Origin: an uncultured Eubacteriales bacterium | GTDB taxonomy: Bacteria; Bacillota; Clostridia; Oscillospirales; Acutalibacteraceae | Assembly (NCBI GenBank): GCA_951801675.1 | Contig: CATONX010000002.1 | Coordinates: 129,038 to 193,037 of the forward strand | Reading direction: 5' to 3' | DNA: 64,000 nt | Notes under the pieces: generated by a model | The model's input: the letters and a program-made list of their open reading frames with translations, nothing else | Databases searched by the model: none | Told to the model about the DNA's origin: nothing | Made by a program: the position numbers and the translations under genes | Part shown: piece after piece, positions 8,054-15,758 of the stretch | Layout of the letters: each line of letters begins with the position of its first letter | Position numbering within the stretch: the first letter of the stretch is position 1

Positions 8054-10609
8054 TTAAATCAGCCCCAGTTCCCTGGCTTTCAAAATAGCGTCCATGGCGT
8101 TATTCACGCCCAGCTTGCGGTAGGCCACGGCGGTGTGGCTCTTAATGGTGGGCAGAGACAGACCCGTTTGCTCACAGATTTCCGCGTTTTTGTAGCCCTT
8201 TGAGAGCATGCCAAGCACCATGGCCTGCTGCTTGGAGAGCTTCACCGGCTTGTCAGAGCGCATGAGGCTGGCCGTTACACCCTTGTGTTTGCGGGAAAAG
8301 GCGTGGCTGGCAAGGGTCACTTCCAGCACAAATTCCCGTTTGAGCGGGCCTTTGTAGCCCTCCTTGTCCACTTTGGCGGTCACCCGCTTGAGAATGGACA
8401 GAACAGAAGCCCCCTCGTCCGCTACAATCCGGATAAAGCCGTAGGGCTGTAAGAGTATAAGCGCTGTTTCCAGTGTGGAAATGGCGCCTTTTTTGTCCCC
8501 CTGGGCCCATTTGAGCGCCGCACACAGCGTAAGTGCCTCCGCTTCATCCAGCGGTCGGTTGAGGTTTTTCCCGAACTCCTCGAGCAGGCCGAGAATTCGC
8601 GCCGCCTGTTTTGTCTCACCCAGTACCAGATAGGCTCTGGCCGTAGTGAAGTGCTGGAAAGAACGGAAAAACTCAATGTGGTCGGTTTGGGTTACATAAT
8701 AGCGGTCGAGCCATTGGCGCGCGGCGGCTGCGTCGCCGTCCAACAACCGTAGCTTTGTTCGGTAAGCCGTCAGGTTGGGAAGGAAATACTGGGCGTGAGC
8801 ATCCACAAACCCGCAAAGCGCCTCCATGGCTTCCGCCGCTTCCCGGGTGCGTCCAAGCTGCCACAGGATGCTGTGCTGCAACACCATGACGCAGATGCGG
8901 CCGTCCGGTTTGCTTTCTTCGTTCAACAGGCTGAAGACCTCATTGTTCTGCGTGAGTGCCGCTTCCAGATGGCTGCGCTCGTATTCGAAGCAGACCAGGA
9001 TACCCGGACGCAGGTAAACCCACTCCGGGCCTAACAGCGGCGCGAAGGTATGGTCGATCTTCGACAGAATCCCCGGGTCCAGGGCGATTTCCGAGTAATC
9101 CCGGTTGCTGCGGTGCATGTAGGGCAGGTTGTGGGTAAAGGACGCAATATTAGTCGCAAGGCCCGCCTGGGTAAAGCTTTTGAGGGCTTTTCCAAACAGA
9201 TAATAGAGTTTTACCTGGGTTTTCAGGCTTTTGCGGTAATCCACGTGAAAAGCCAGCATGGCAAACTCCACAAACTCGTTGCCCGCGGCGGCGATGCGCG
9301 GCAGGTTACGGATAATCGCGTCCATGTGTTTGGCGTACTGCTCGTGGCGGCTGGTGAGGTAATAGTACCAGGCGTAAAGAACGTGTAGCACCGGCGCTTC
9401 CCGGGAGGCACGGGCGGACAGCTCTTGGGCAAAAAAGCCCCGCAGAAAGTCGGCGTAATCGGCTACGCCGTCCTTATGGCCCCGAAACAGAAAGAGAAAC
9501 AGGAAGGTGTCTATGCCCTTGTAGTCGCCGCTTTGAAACCAGAAGCGCAGGGCGCGGGTATAGTCGCTGTGATCGCGGTAGTAGTTGGCAGCCTCCTTGT
9601 AAAGCCCGCTCAGCTTCATTTCCGCCGCCGCTTTTTCCCGCAGAAAATCCTGGAACAGGTGGTGGTAGCGGTAGGTGTCCTCCCGCAGGCGGCTCAAAAA
9701 GCTGTTGGTGCGACTCAAATCTTCCATGACCGCCCGCGCATCCTCCCGGCCGGAGAGCCGCCTGGCCAGTTCCGGGTCGAACTCGTCCACGATGGAGGTT
9801 TTCAGGCAGAAATCCCGAAGGGCTGGATCCCAGCCGTTCCACAAGTGCTGCTCAAAGTAGGCTGAAAAGATGTAATGCCCGCCGCCCAGTTCGATCTGTC
9901 CGGACTTGGCGATGGCGTTGACGCCGATAGCCCAGCCGTCGGTCGCCATGTAGGCGAACTTCGATTCCTCCGGGGTAAGAAACCGCCCGAGGCTCCCGAA
10001 ATACCGCCGGATTTCGTCCTCGGTAAAGCGCAGCTGCTCGGGTGTGATGAGCTGGACCTCTTCGTCCTTAATCAGGAGCCGAAATTCCTCCGGAATGTCC
10101 CTGCGGGACAAAATCAGCGCGGCGAAGGAGCGGGGCAGCCGCCGGAGCACCGCGGGAAGGGATTTCAATATCTCGCCGTTTTCAATCAGGTGCATGTCGT
10201 CAAGCACCAGAGCGTACCGCCCAGTCCCGGGCAACAGCTCGGAAAGCAGGCGCACCATGTGCTCCACCGGCGTGGAAGTGAAGGAGGGGCTCCGGAGGAT
10301 TTTTTTCATGTTTTCGTTTTCTGGTTGGAGGGAAAAGATGCCGGCGGCCAGCTGCTTATAGAAAACCGACGGCGAATCGTCGTATTTGTCAAGTCCCAGC
10401 CAGACCACCTTGCGGTCGCAGGAGTGGAGCCACAGCAGGGTGGATACCGTCTTGCCGCTGCCCGCCGGAGCGCCCACGTAGACAAAAGAATGCTCCGCCG
10501 CCTTGTGAAACCGGCGCAGCAACTCCTGGCGTGGGGCACATACCTCCGGAAGCTCGGCGGGGGTGAATTTTTCATTCAGAAAAAGCAGGGCGTTTTGGGT
10601 GTCAGTCAT
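8054..10609 (-). CDS. MalT/LuxR-family STAND transcriptional regulator (P-loop NTPase + helical repeats + C-terminal LuxR HTH)
   Basis: 851 aa. Walker A GAPAGSGKT; Walker B LVLDDMH; long helical/TPR-like middle region; C-terminal GerE/LuxR HTH (LSKQQAMVLGMLSKGYKNAEICEQTGLSLPTIKSHTAVAYRKLGV). Confidence 0.85.
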   Translation of the reverse strand: MTDTQNALLFLNEKFTPAELPEVCAPRQELLRRFHKAAEHSFVYVGAPAGSGKTVSTLLWLHSCDRKVVWLGLDKYDDSPSVFYKQLAAGIFSLQPENENMKKILRSPSFTSTPVEHMVRLLSELLPGTGRYALVLDDMHLIENGEILKSLPAVLRRLPRSFAALILSRRDIPEEFRLLIKDEEVQLITPEQLRFTEDEIRRYFGSLGRFLTPEESKFAYMATDGWAIGVNAIAKSGQIELGGGHYIFSAYFEQHLWNGWDPALRDFCLKTSIVDEFDPELARRLSGREDARAVMEDLSRTNSFLSRLREDTYRYHHLFQDFLREKAAAEMKLSGLYKEAANYYRDHSDYTRALRFWFQSGDYKGIDTFLFLFLFRGHKDGVADYADFLRGFFAQELSARASREAPVLHVLYAWYYYLTSRHEQYAKHMDAIIRNLPRIAAAGNEFVEFAMLAFHVDYRKSLKTQVKLYYLFGKALKSFTQAGLATNIASFTHNLPYMHRSNRDYSEIALDPGILSKIDHTFAPLLGPEWVYLRPGILVCFEYERSHLEAALTQNNEVFSLLNEESKPDGRICVMVLQHSILWQLGRTREAAEAMEALCGFVDAHAQYFLPNLTAYRTKLRLLDGDAAAARQWLDRYYVTQTDHIEFFRSFQHFTTARAYLVLGETKQAARILGLLEEFGKNLNRPLDEAEALTLCAALKWAQGDKKGAISTLETALILLQPYGFIRIVADEGASVLSILKRVTAKVDKEGYKGPLKREFVLEVTLASHAFSRKHKGVTASLMRSDKPVKLSKQQAMVLGMLSKGYKNAEICEQTGLSLPTIKSHTAVAYRKLGVNNAMDAILKARELGLI

Positions 10610-10644
10610 GGCGGGCGCCTCTCCATTTCGTGCATTTTATCATT

Positions 10645-10754
10645 CGGTATGAGGCTTTTAAGGTGCTTTGGCAGGGCTTTTCGAGAAAACCCTCATACCG
10701 TTAGAATTGGATTAGGGAGAACATGGGAAATTTCTTTTCAAAACCCTCATACCG
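10645..10754. promoter_or_regulatory. Three copies of a 15-bp motif (AAAACCCTCATACCG) upstream of the MalT-like gene; candidate operator sites
   Basis: Direct copies at 10686-10700 and 10740-10754. An inverted copy with one mismatch (CGGTATGAGGCTTTT) lies at 10645-10659. Confidence 0.4.
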
Positions 10755-11064
10755 GATGATATGATTTTAGCAAATATTACTGTAAAATACAAGTAAAGAA
10801 TCAGATAAATTAGGCAAGCGGTCAAATAAACGGTAAAAACGGATTGACCGTAAGGATGCAGATGTCGGTTCCTTGCCGCCGCTACAGGGCGGTGGAGGCT
10901 TGTTTCCTTCTTCCTTTTCCGCGGCAAAGCAGGGGAAAAGGAACCAGACTGCGGTCCGATGACAGCGAAGGAGGAATGGCTTTGAATCTGAGAAACCGGC
11001 AGCCCGGCTTTTTCGCCCGGGCGGTGATACCTAGCGCCCTTGTCCGCTCAAAAAGGTGCTGAAG

Positions 11065-11334
11065 ATGGTAATCACAGACAAGGTTTTGATCCGGTCGGGC
11101 CGGCAGCCGCCGGGGTACAAGCTGGAAACCCTTTCGTGGGTGAACGTTGAGGGCCTTTCGTCCGTCATCTATCAGGGGAAATTCCGCGTACTGTATTACG
11201 ACGTGGATTCCGGGGAGAAGGCCGTAGTCAACACGGAGATTTATGGGGTTTCTCCCCAAGGAAGGGCGGACGAACTGGCTACTGAGGAACGGGATGACCG
11301 GCTTTGCTTTTCCTCCACAGCATTTCGAAACTAA
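11065..11334 (+). CDS. Hypothetical small protein (89 aa)
   Basis: ORF followed by a strong terminator at 11368-11404; weak RBS (AAAGGTG). I recognise no family. Confidence 0.4.
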   Translation: MVITDKVLIRSGRQPPGYKLETLSWVNVEGLSSVIYQGKFRVLYYDVDSGEKAVVNTEIYGVSPQGRADELATEERDDRLCFSSTAFRN

Positions 11335-11367
11335 GATGCCATGAATGCAAATCCCGTCACGCTGGCC

Positions 11368-11404
11368 AAAGCGGATGTCCATATGGACATCCGCTTTCCT
11401 TTTT
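11368..11404 (+). terminator. Rho-independent terminator
   Basis: Perfect 12-bp palindrome GCGGATGTCCAT/ATGGACATCCGC followed by TTTCCTTTTT. Confidence 0.65.
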
Positions 11405-11766
11405 AAACTTATAATATCATTGATATAGCATCAATAAATGACTAAAAAGTAGCATGAGAGCACCTGCTATCTATTAATCAGACAATTTCTGCAAAATAAC
11501 GGGAAATTATTGAATTTTAGTAGAAATTATTCCTAATTTATGATAAAATAAAAATATAGATAAAGGTTGAAATCAGTGACAAAAGGTCATAAATATGATT
11601 TGTAAATCAGATCAAGAAGCAACAGAAAATATCGGTTGCCGCCAGAAAGAATGGAAAGAAGGATATGAGAATGGAGTGAACAAAAAATCAGAAAGAATGC
11701 CAATTCCTATGTTGGCACAATGGCTGTTGCCAAGGCTATAAAAATGAAACATTTGGAGGAATCACA

Positions 11767-12762
11767 ATGAAAAGATGGATATCCGTATTGCTGTCTGTAT
11801 TGCTTTTGTTAGGCCTCACTGGTATGACCACATTGGCAGCTGATGAAAATAAGAAAAACGGCTTGAAGACACTCGAATACCGAATTAATGAGAGCGAATG
11901 GCAGACCGTTCCCGATTTCACGGAGAACGGTACAGGGAACTCTTTTTCCGTTGAGCTTCTGCGTAGTGCACAAATACACAATGCGGTAGTAGAAATCCGG
12001 GCAACACCCATGGATCCGGAAAATAAAGTGGTCTCATATGACGGCCAAAATAAAATAACCATAGCAGATGGAGTTGTCCAGGGATCGCAGAGCCTTTCGG
12101 TTTTTGTCCGTGACAAAGACAAGGCGGACGAAATAGGGGCTGGTATCATGACGGTCGTCTCGTTCCTGGTTTCCCCCATCGATCCCGCTATCATTGAGTT
12201 TGCGGACAAGAACTTGTCCATTGTCTTTGACGGCGAGCGCTCTGGTACACAAAGCTACAACAGCCAAGGGGACATCAAGTTCATGCAGAACGAATCGGTA
12301 ATGCTGACAGTCAATAACACAGGTCATGATGATAAATCGCCCGCGGTAGGGGATGCGCGATGGAAATTCCTTGGGTTTACCATTGACGGAGAAGTTGTTA
12401 TGCCGTGGGATGCAAACTGCATGAGCTGGACTTTTCAGACCGATCATCTGAGTATTGGAAAGCACGAAATTGTAATTCGCTTTGTCCTGGAGACGTACCA
12501 AGAGGTTGTTGCAGACGAATCGGTTCCTGCAGATACACCTGCGTCATTTGCTTGGACGGAATATCTTGTGCAGGACGGCGGCTATGTGTTTACACATAAT
12601 ATTTGCGAAACCTTTACCGTTGAACAGCTGCCGGAGGAACCGGATGATACCGATAACCCGCCCACCGGTGCCGATGACGTTTTTGGGATTGTTCTTCTCT
12701 CCCTTCTTTCGGGCGCCGGAGCCTGTATGCTGCTCATCCGAAAGAGAAGATGTGTATCGTAA
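11767..12762 (+). CDS. Cell-wall-anchored surface protein with an NPPTG sorting signal
   Basis: Signal peptide MKRWISVLLSVLLLLGLTGMTTLAA. C-terminal NPPTG, then a hydrophobic stretch and an RKRR tail. GGAGG RBS. GC is lower than in the neighbouring genes. Confidence 0.75.
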   Translation: MKRWISVLLSVLLLLGLTGMTTLAADENKKNGLKTLEYRINESEWQTVPDFTENGTGNSFSVELLRSAQIHNAVVEIRATPMDPENKVVSYDGQNKITIADGVVQGSQSLSVFVRDKDKADEIGAGIMTVVSFLVSPIDPAIIEFADKNLSIVFDGERSGTQSYNSQGDIKFMQNESVMLTVNNTGHDDKSPAVGDARWKFLGFTIDGEVVMPWDANCMSWTFQTDHLSIGKHEIVIRFVLETYQEVVADESVPADTPASFAWTEYLVQDGGYVFTHNICETFTVEQLPEEPDDTDNPPTGADDVFGIVLLSLLSGAGACMLLIRKRRCVS

Positions 12763-12894
12763 AAATGCAAGAACCAGACAATAACAAAGGACTTGGCAGA
12801 TATGTGACGATTGTCCTGCTGCTGAGCATAGCGCTTGAGGCAGGCGGATGACAAGATATTGAGAGACAAGGGTAGACGTAAAGAAAAGAATGTA

Positions 12895-12930
12895 ATGGGG
12901 AGCCAACAATTGTTGGCTCCCCATTTTTAT
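12895..12930 (+). terminator. Rho-independent terminator after the surface-protein gene
   Basis: GGGGAGCCAACA / TGTTGGCTCCCC stem followed by ATTTTTAT. Confidence 0.6.
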
Positions 12931-13069
12931 ATGGATTGTATGATATACCACTATTTCTCGAAATCCGGCTTAGGAATCCGTTGTACCATTAGAGGTATGG
13001 CTGCGGCAGTAATCCGCTCGCCCAAATCAGTTATCGAAGAAAAATTCGTCTTTCAGTAGGCATTTTTGA

Positions 13070-13963
13070 CTATATTTGGTGATGAAATCCATAGCTTTTC
13101 CTTTCAGAGAGAACCTGTCTTGCAAACGCTGTTTCCTGATCCAACAAATCGACAAATCGACTGCATGCCTCATCAAAGGGCGTACAGTTGCCCTTTAAGA
13201 GCGCCGCCTTATAGAACCCGTTTTTTACCGCCAGCCAGTCCTCATAATAAGATTTTCTGAAAAACAAAGAGGCGCTTTCCACAGGAATTTTCCTTTGTTC
13301 TAAAAAATGCCGGTATAAATAGCGCCCGGTCAGCAACGCATCTGCAAACTTAGCGGGAAGCAGAGCGTTTTCCCCCGGCTCCTGAATGCAGGCGTTTGCC
13401 TGCGCGAGAAAATGACGGGAAGTTTTGGAATGGACCTTCACTACTTCCTGCGCCTGGGTGAGAAGCGCCTCGCTTTCCTCCCGATAAGGAGTAGAGATTT
13501 CCACTGTATGAATGGGAATGAGAACGAATGCGTGGACCACCAGTTCCTGGGCGGTCAGCGTTTGGTCATGAAAGCCGTAAGTAGGATCGAAGCAGAGCTG
13601 AGGATCCGCCGGCTTCTTTTGGACGATAAAATAGTGAGGACCGTGCAAAAGCTGATAGAGCGGGGTCCATGGAATTTGACAGGCATCCATGCCGGCGATT
13701 ATGTATCCACTGCTGGGGGTATTCATCCAGGCAATTTCCCGCTCCTCCTTTGTAACGCAAGGCGGCGCCAATACCATGCCCATGGATTCCAACGTTTCTG
13801 GCAGCCGCCGGGATAGAAACACCTGGCAAATCGGGTCATAGCGCAGATTGCCTTCCGCCCAAAGACGGGAAAAAGCACTGATATAGTCGAGCCCGAAAAA
13901 GTTTGCCAGCGTAATCAAACAGTCATGATAACAGTTGAGACCTTGAAAGTGGATAAGATTCAC
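13070..13963 (-). CDS. BtrH-like protein (BtrH_N papain/C39-like fold acyltransferase family)
   Basis: 297 aa, about the same length as BtrH. N-terminal Cys motif GLNCYHDCLITLANFFG. GTG start overlaps the ligase stop (GTGA). Family call is from pattern memory, not from a search. Confidence 0.65.
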   Translation of the reverse strand: MNLIHFQGLNCYHDCLITLANFFGLDYISAFSRLWAEGNLRYDPICQVFLSRRLPETLESMGMVLAPPCVTKEEREIAWMNTPSSGYIIAGMDACQIPWTPLYQLLHGPHYFIVQKKPADPQLCFDPTYGFHDQTLTAQELVVHAFVLIPIHTVEISTPYREESEALLTQAQEVVKVHSKTSRHFLAQANACIQEPGENALLPAKFADALLTGRYLYRHFLEQRKIPVESASLFFRKSYYEDWLAVKNGFYKAALLKGNCTPFDEACSRFVDLLDQETAFARQVLSERKSYGFHHQI

Positions 13964-15438
13964 AGCTGGGCATCCTCCTGCGCACGCCTGATCTTCCCCG
14001 TCGCTGTTTTTTCCAATTTCTCAACCAGCCGAATGCGGCGGGGACATTTATAATCCGCCAAATGCGTGGCACACCAGTGCTGGATGGACGCAGGCGTCAC
14101 CTCAGCAGTGGCCGCAACCACGTCGGCACCGACCCATTCGGTCCCCGGTTGATCCTCAAACCCGTACACCATACAGTCTGTTACAAGCGGACAGCTCTGC
14201 AGGCAGGTTTCCACTTCCTCTGGATAAACGTTGAACCCCCGGACGAGCAACATGTTTTTCTTTCGCCCGTAGATATAGAGATAGCCGTCGTTGTCAAAGT
14301 ATCCGATGTCCCCGGTGTGAAGCCAGCCGTCCCGTAGGATTTCCTGCGTGGCGGCTTCATCCCCATAGTAGCCCAGCATGACATTGGGACCCTGTGCTAC
14401 GATTTCGCCTGGCCGATTTGGCTCACTGGTTCGCCCCGCTTGCGTTTCCAGGCAAACCTTTACGCCGGGCAGAGGGACACCAACAGAACCCAGCTTATCG
14501 GGCGGCAGGCTTCGAAAGGGTTGCGCGATGAGGGGAGAAGCCTCGGTCATGCCGTAGCCGGACCAGAAGCGTATGCTGGGGAAAGCAGTGGACAGCCGCT
14601 CCAACGTGCCGTCCGGCACCTTGCTCCCGCCGAAGCCGAAATACCGCAGGGAGGAGATGTCGTATGGGATGGGGTGATTGCGTGTCCGGTCCATCAGAAC
14701 CGCCACAAGAGTCCCTCCGTCGTAGTGGCTGATTCCGTGCTCCTGCGCCGCACGGTAAAGAGTGTCCAACGTAAACCCCTGCGCCATCGGGAAAAGCGGA
14801 AATCCCCGCACAACACAGGAAAAGGAGACGAGCAGCCCGTAAATAGAACAAAGGGGTGTGCCAAGAGCATAGCGTACGGCAGGATCCTGGTATTTTTCGT
14901 ACCCCATATGCCTTAGGTAAGCATTGACATTGAAAGACACGTTGGCTTCAGAAAGCTGGACCAGCTTCGCGCGGCCCGTGGTTCCCGACGAAGCGAGCAA
15001 CAGCATGGGCGCGTTGGGGTCGGCCGCCTGTATGTCCGGCCAAGGCGGAGAAAGCGGAGGCAGCGTTTCCATATACCGGATCTGCGGCGTGCTTGCACTG
15101 CCTTCCACGGCCTTTTGGCAAAGCGGGCCCAGGGCTTCGCAGGTAATCACCGTTTGTACCGGCGCGCGCCCCAGCAAGTCGGACAGTTCGCCTGCGGTCA
15201 AATGGACGCTGAGAGGGAACGCGATCCATCCGGCCTGCACAATGGCAAACAGGGCGCAAAGAAAATCGCTGCCGTCGGCGAGAAGAATCGCGGCAACCGG
15301 CCGGTCTTTTTCCCGAGGTAAGACGGCTTGCAGCGCCGCAGCACGCTCTGCCAGTTGCGCGTAAGTCACCGGATGTTCCTCGCCCAGAACAGCGGGAAGG
15401 TCTTGGTTCCATCTTGCCAGCAAAGCGTCTCTAATCAT
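13960..15438 (-). CDS. ANL-superfamily adenylate-forming enzyme (acyl-AMP / acyl-carrier-protein ligase)
   Basis: Core motifs SSGTTGRAK, GYGMTE, TGD, GRKKNMLLVRGFNVYPEEVE and KTATGKIRR. ATG overlaps the ACP stop (ATGATTAG). Confidence 0.85.
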   Translation of the reverse strand: MIRDALLARWNQDLPAVLGEEHPVTYAQLAERAAALQAVLPREKDRPVAAILLADGSDFLCALFAIVQAGWIAFPLSVHLTAGELSDLLGRAPVQTVITCEALGPLCQKAVEGSASTPQIRYMETLPPLSPPWPDIQAADPNAPMLLLASSGTTGRAKLVQLSEANVSFNVNAYLRHMGYEKYQDPAVRYALGTPLCSIYGLLVSFSCVVRGFPLFPMAQGFTLDTLYRAAQEHGISHYDGGTLVAVLMDRTRNHPIPYDISSLRYFGFGGSKVPDGTLERLSTAFPSIRFWSGYGMTEASPLIAQPFRSLPPDKLGSVGVPLPGVKVCLETQAGRTSEPNRPGEIVAQGPNVMLGYYGDEAATQEILRDGWLHTGDIGYFDNDGYLYIYGRKKNMLLVRGFNVYPEEVETCLQSCPLVTDCMVYGFEDQPGTEWVGADVVAATAEVTPASIQHWCATHLADYKCPRRIRLVEKLEKTATGKIRRAQEDAQL

Positions 15439-15679
15439 GCAGCTCTCTCTCCTTTACTTTGGCTTCCACAAGGGCGATGAGCTGCCCTACCAGAAGACAG
15501 TCTTGCATCTGTGAAAGTGCAATCGTAATATGGTATCGCTCTTCGATAGCCAGAAGCATGCTTACAAACGAGAGGGAATCGAGGTGCAGGTCCTTGTACA
15601 GGTCGGTGGCTTCCGTGACCGGCACGCGCAGCACGTTTTCCTGGTCGATCAGTTGTACAATGCTATCCTTTACGGACAT
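15431..15679 (-). CDS. Acyl/peptidyl carrier protein
   Basis: 82 aa with the phosphopantetheine-attachment motif LHLDSLSFV. I chose the ATG at 15679 (GGAG 8 nt upstream) over the ORF-track GTG at 15688. Confidence 0.75.
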   Translation of the reverse strand: MSVKDSIVQLIDQENVLRVPVTEATDLYKDLHLDSLSFVSMLLAIEERYHITIALSQMQDCLLVGQLIALVEAKVKERELHD

Positions 15680-15699
15680 GACCGTCACTCCATTTCAGA

Positions 15700-15750
15700 A
15701 TAAAAAGGGGACCGCGGAATCTGGATGAAGCGAAAGCGCAGGTCCCCTTA
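15700..15750 (-). terminator. Weak or leaky stem-loop between the collagen-like gene and the ACP gene
   Basis: 7-bp stem GGGGACC/GGTCCCC (15707-15713 / 15741-15747) with a 27-nt loop, then a T-run on the minus strand. Only about 20 nt separate it from the ACP RBS. Confidence 0.4.
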
Positions 15751-15758
15751 TGCTTTCG

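Noticed and set aside
8054-10609. The STAND NTPase as an antiviral Avs-type defence protein (it sits next to the HNH islet)
   Set aside because: It has a C-terminal LuxR/GerE HTH and no N-terminal effector (nuclease, protease or TIR) domain. This architecture is that of MalT-family transcription activators.
9875-10759. 294-aa plus-strand ORF inside the MalT-like gene
   Set aside because: It is antisense to an 851-aa gene with clear motifs. The sequence is Arg/Gly/Pro-rich and low in complexity.
10890-11060. Possible riboswitch (c-di-GMP-like GGCAAAGC / GGGGAAAAGG elements) upstream of the 89-aa ORF
   Set aside because: I could not build the conserved helices or the tetraloop-receptor arrangement of GEMM-I/II or of any other riboswitch class I know. 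A covariance-model scan (Rfam/Infernal) would be needed to settle this.
10882-11382. 166-aa minus-strand ORF between the regulator and the surface-protein gene
   Set aside because: It has no RBS, an odd composition, and runs through the terminator palindrome at 11368-11404. The opposite-strand 89-aa ORF with a terminator is more plausible.
11595-11741. 48-aa ORF (MICKSDQEATENIGCRQKEWKEGYENGVNKK...) in the AT-rich leader of the surface-protein gene
   Set aside because: It has only a weak AAAGG upstream, no terminator, and lies in a likely promoter/leader region. The evidence is insufficient.
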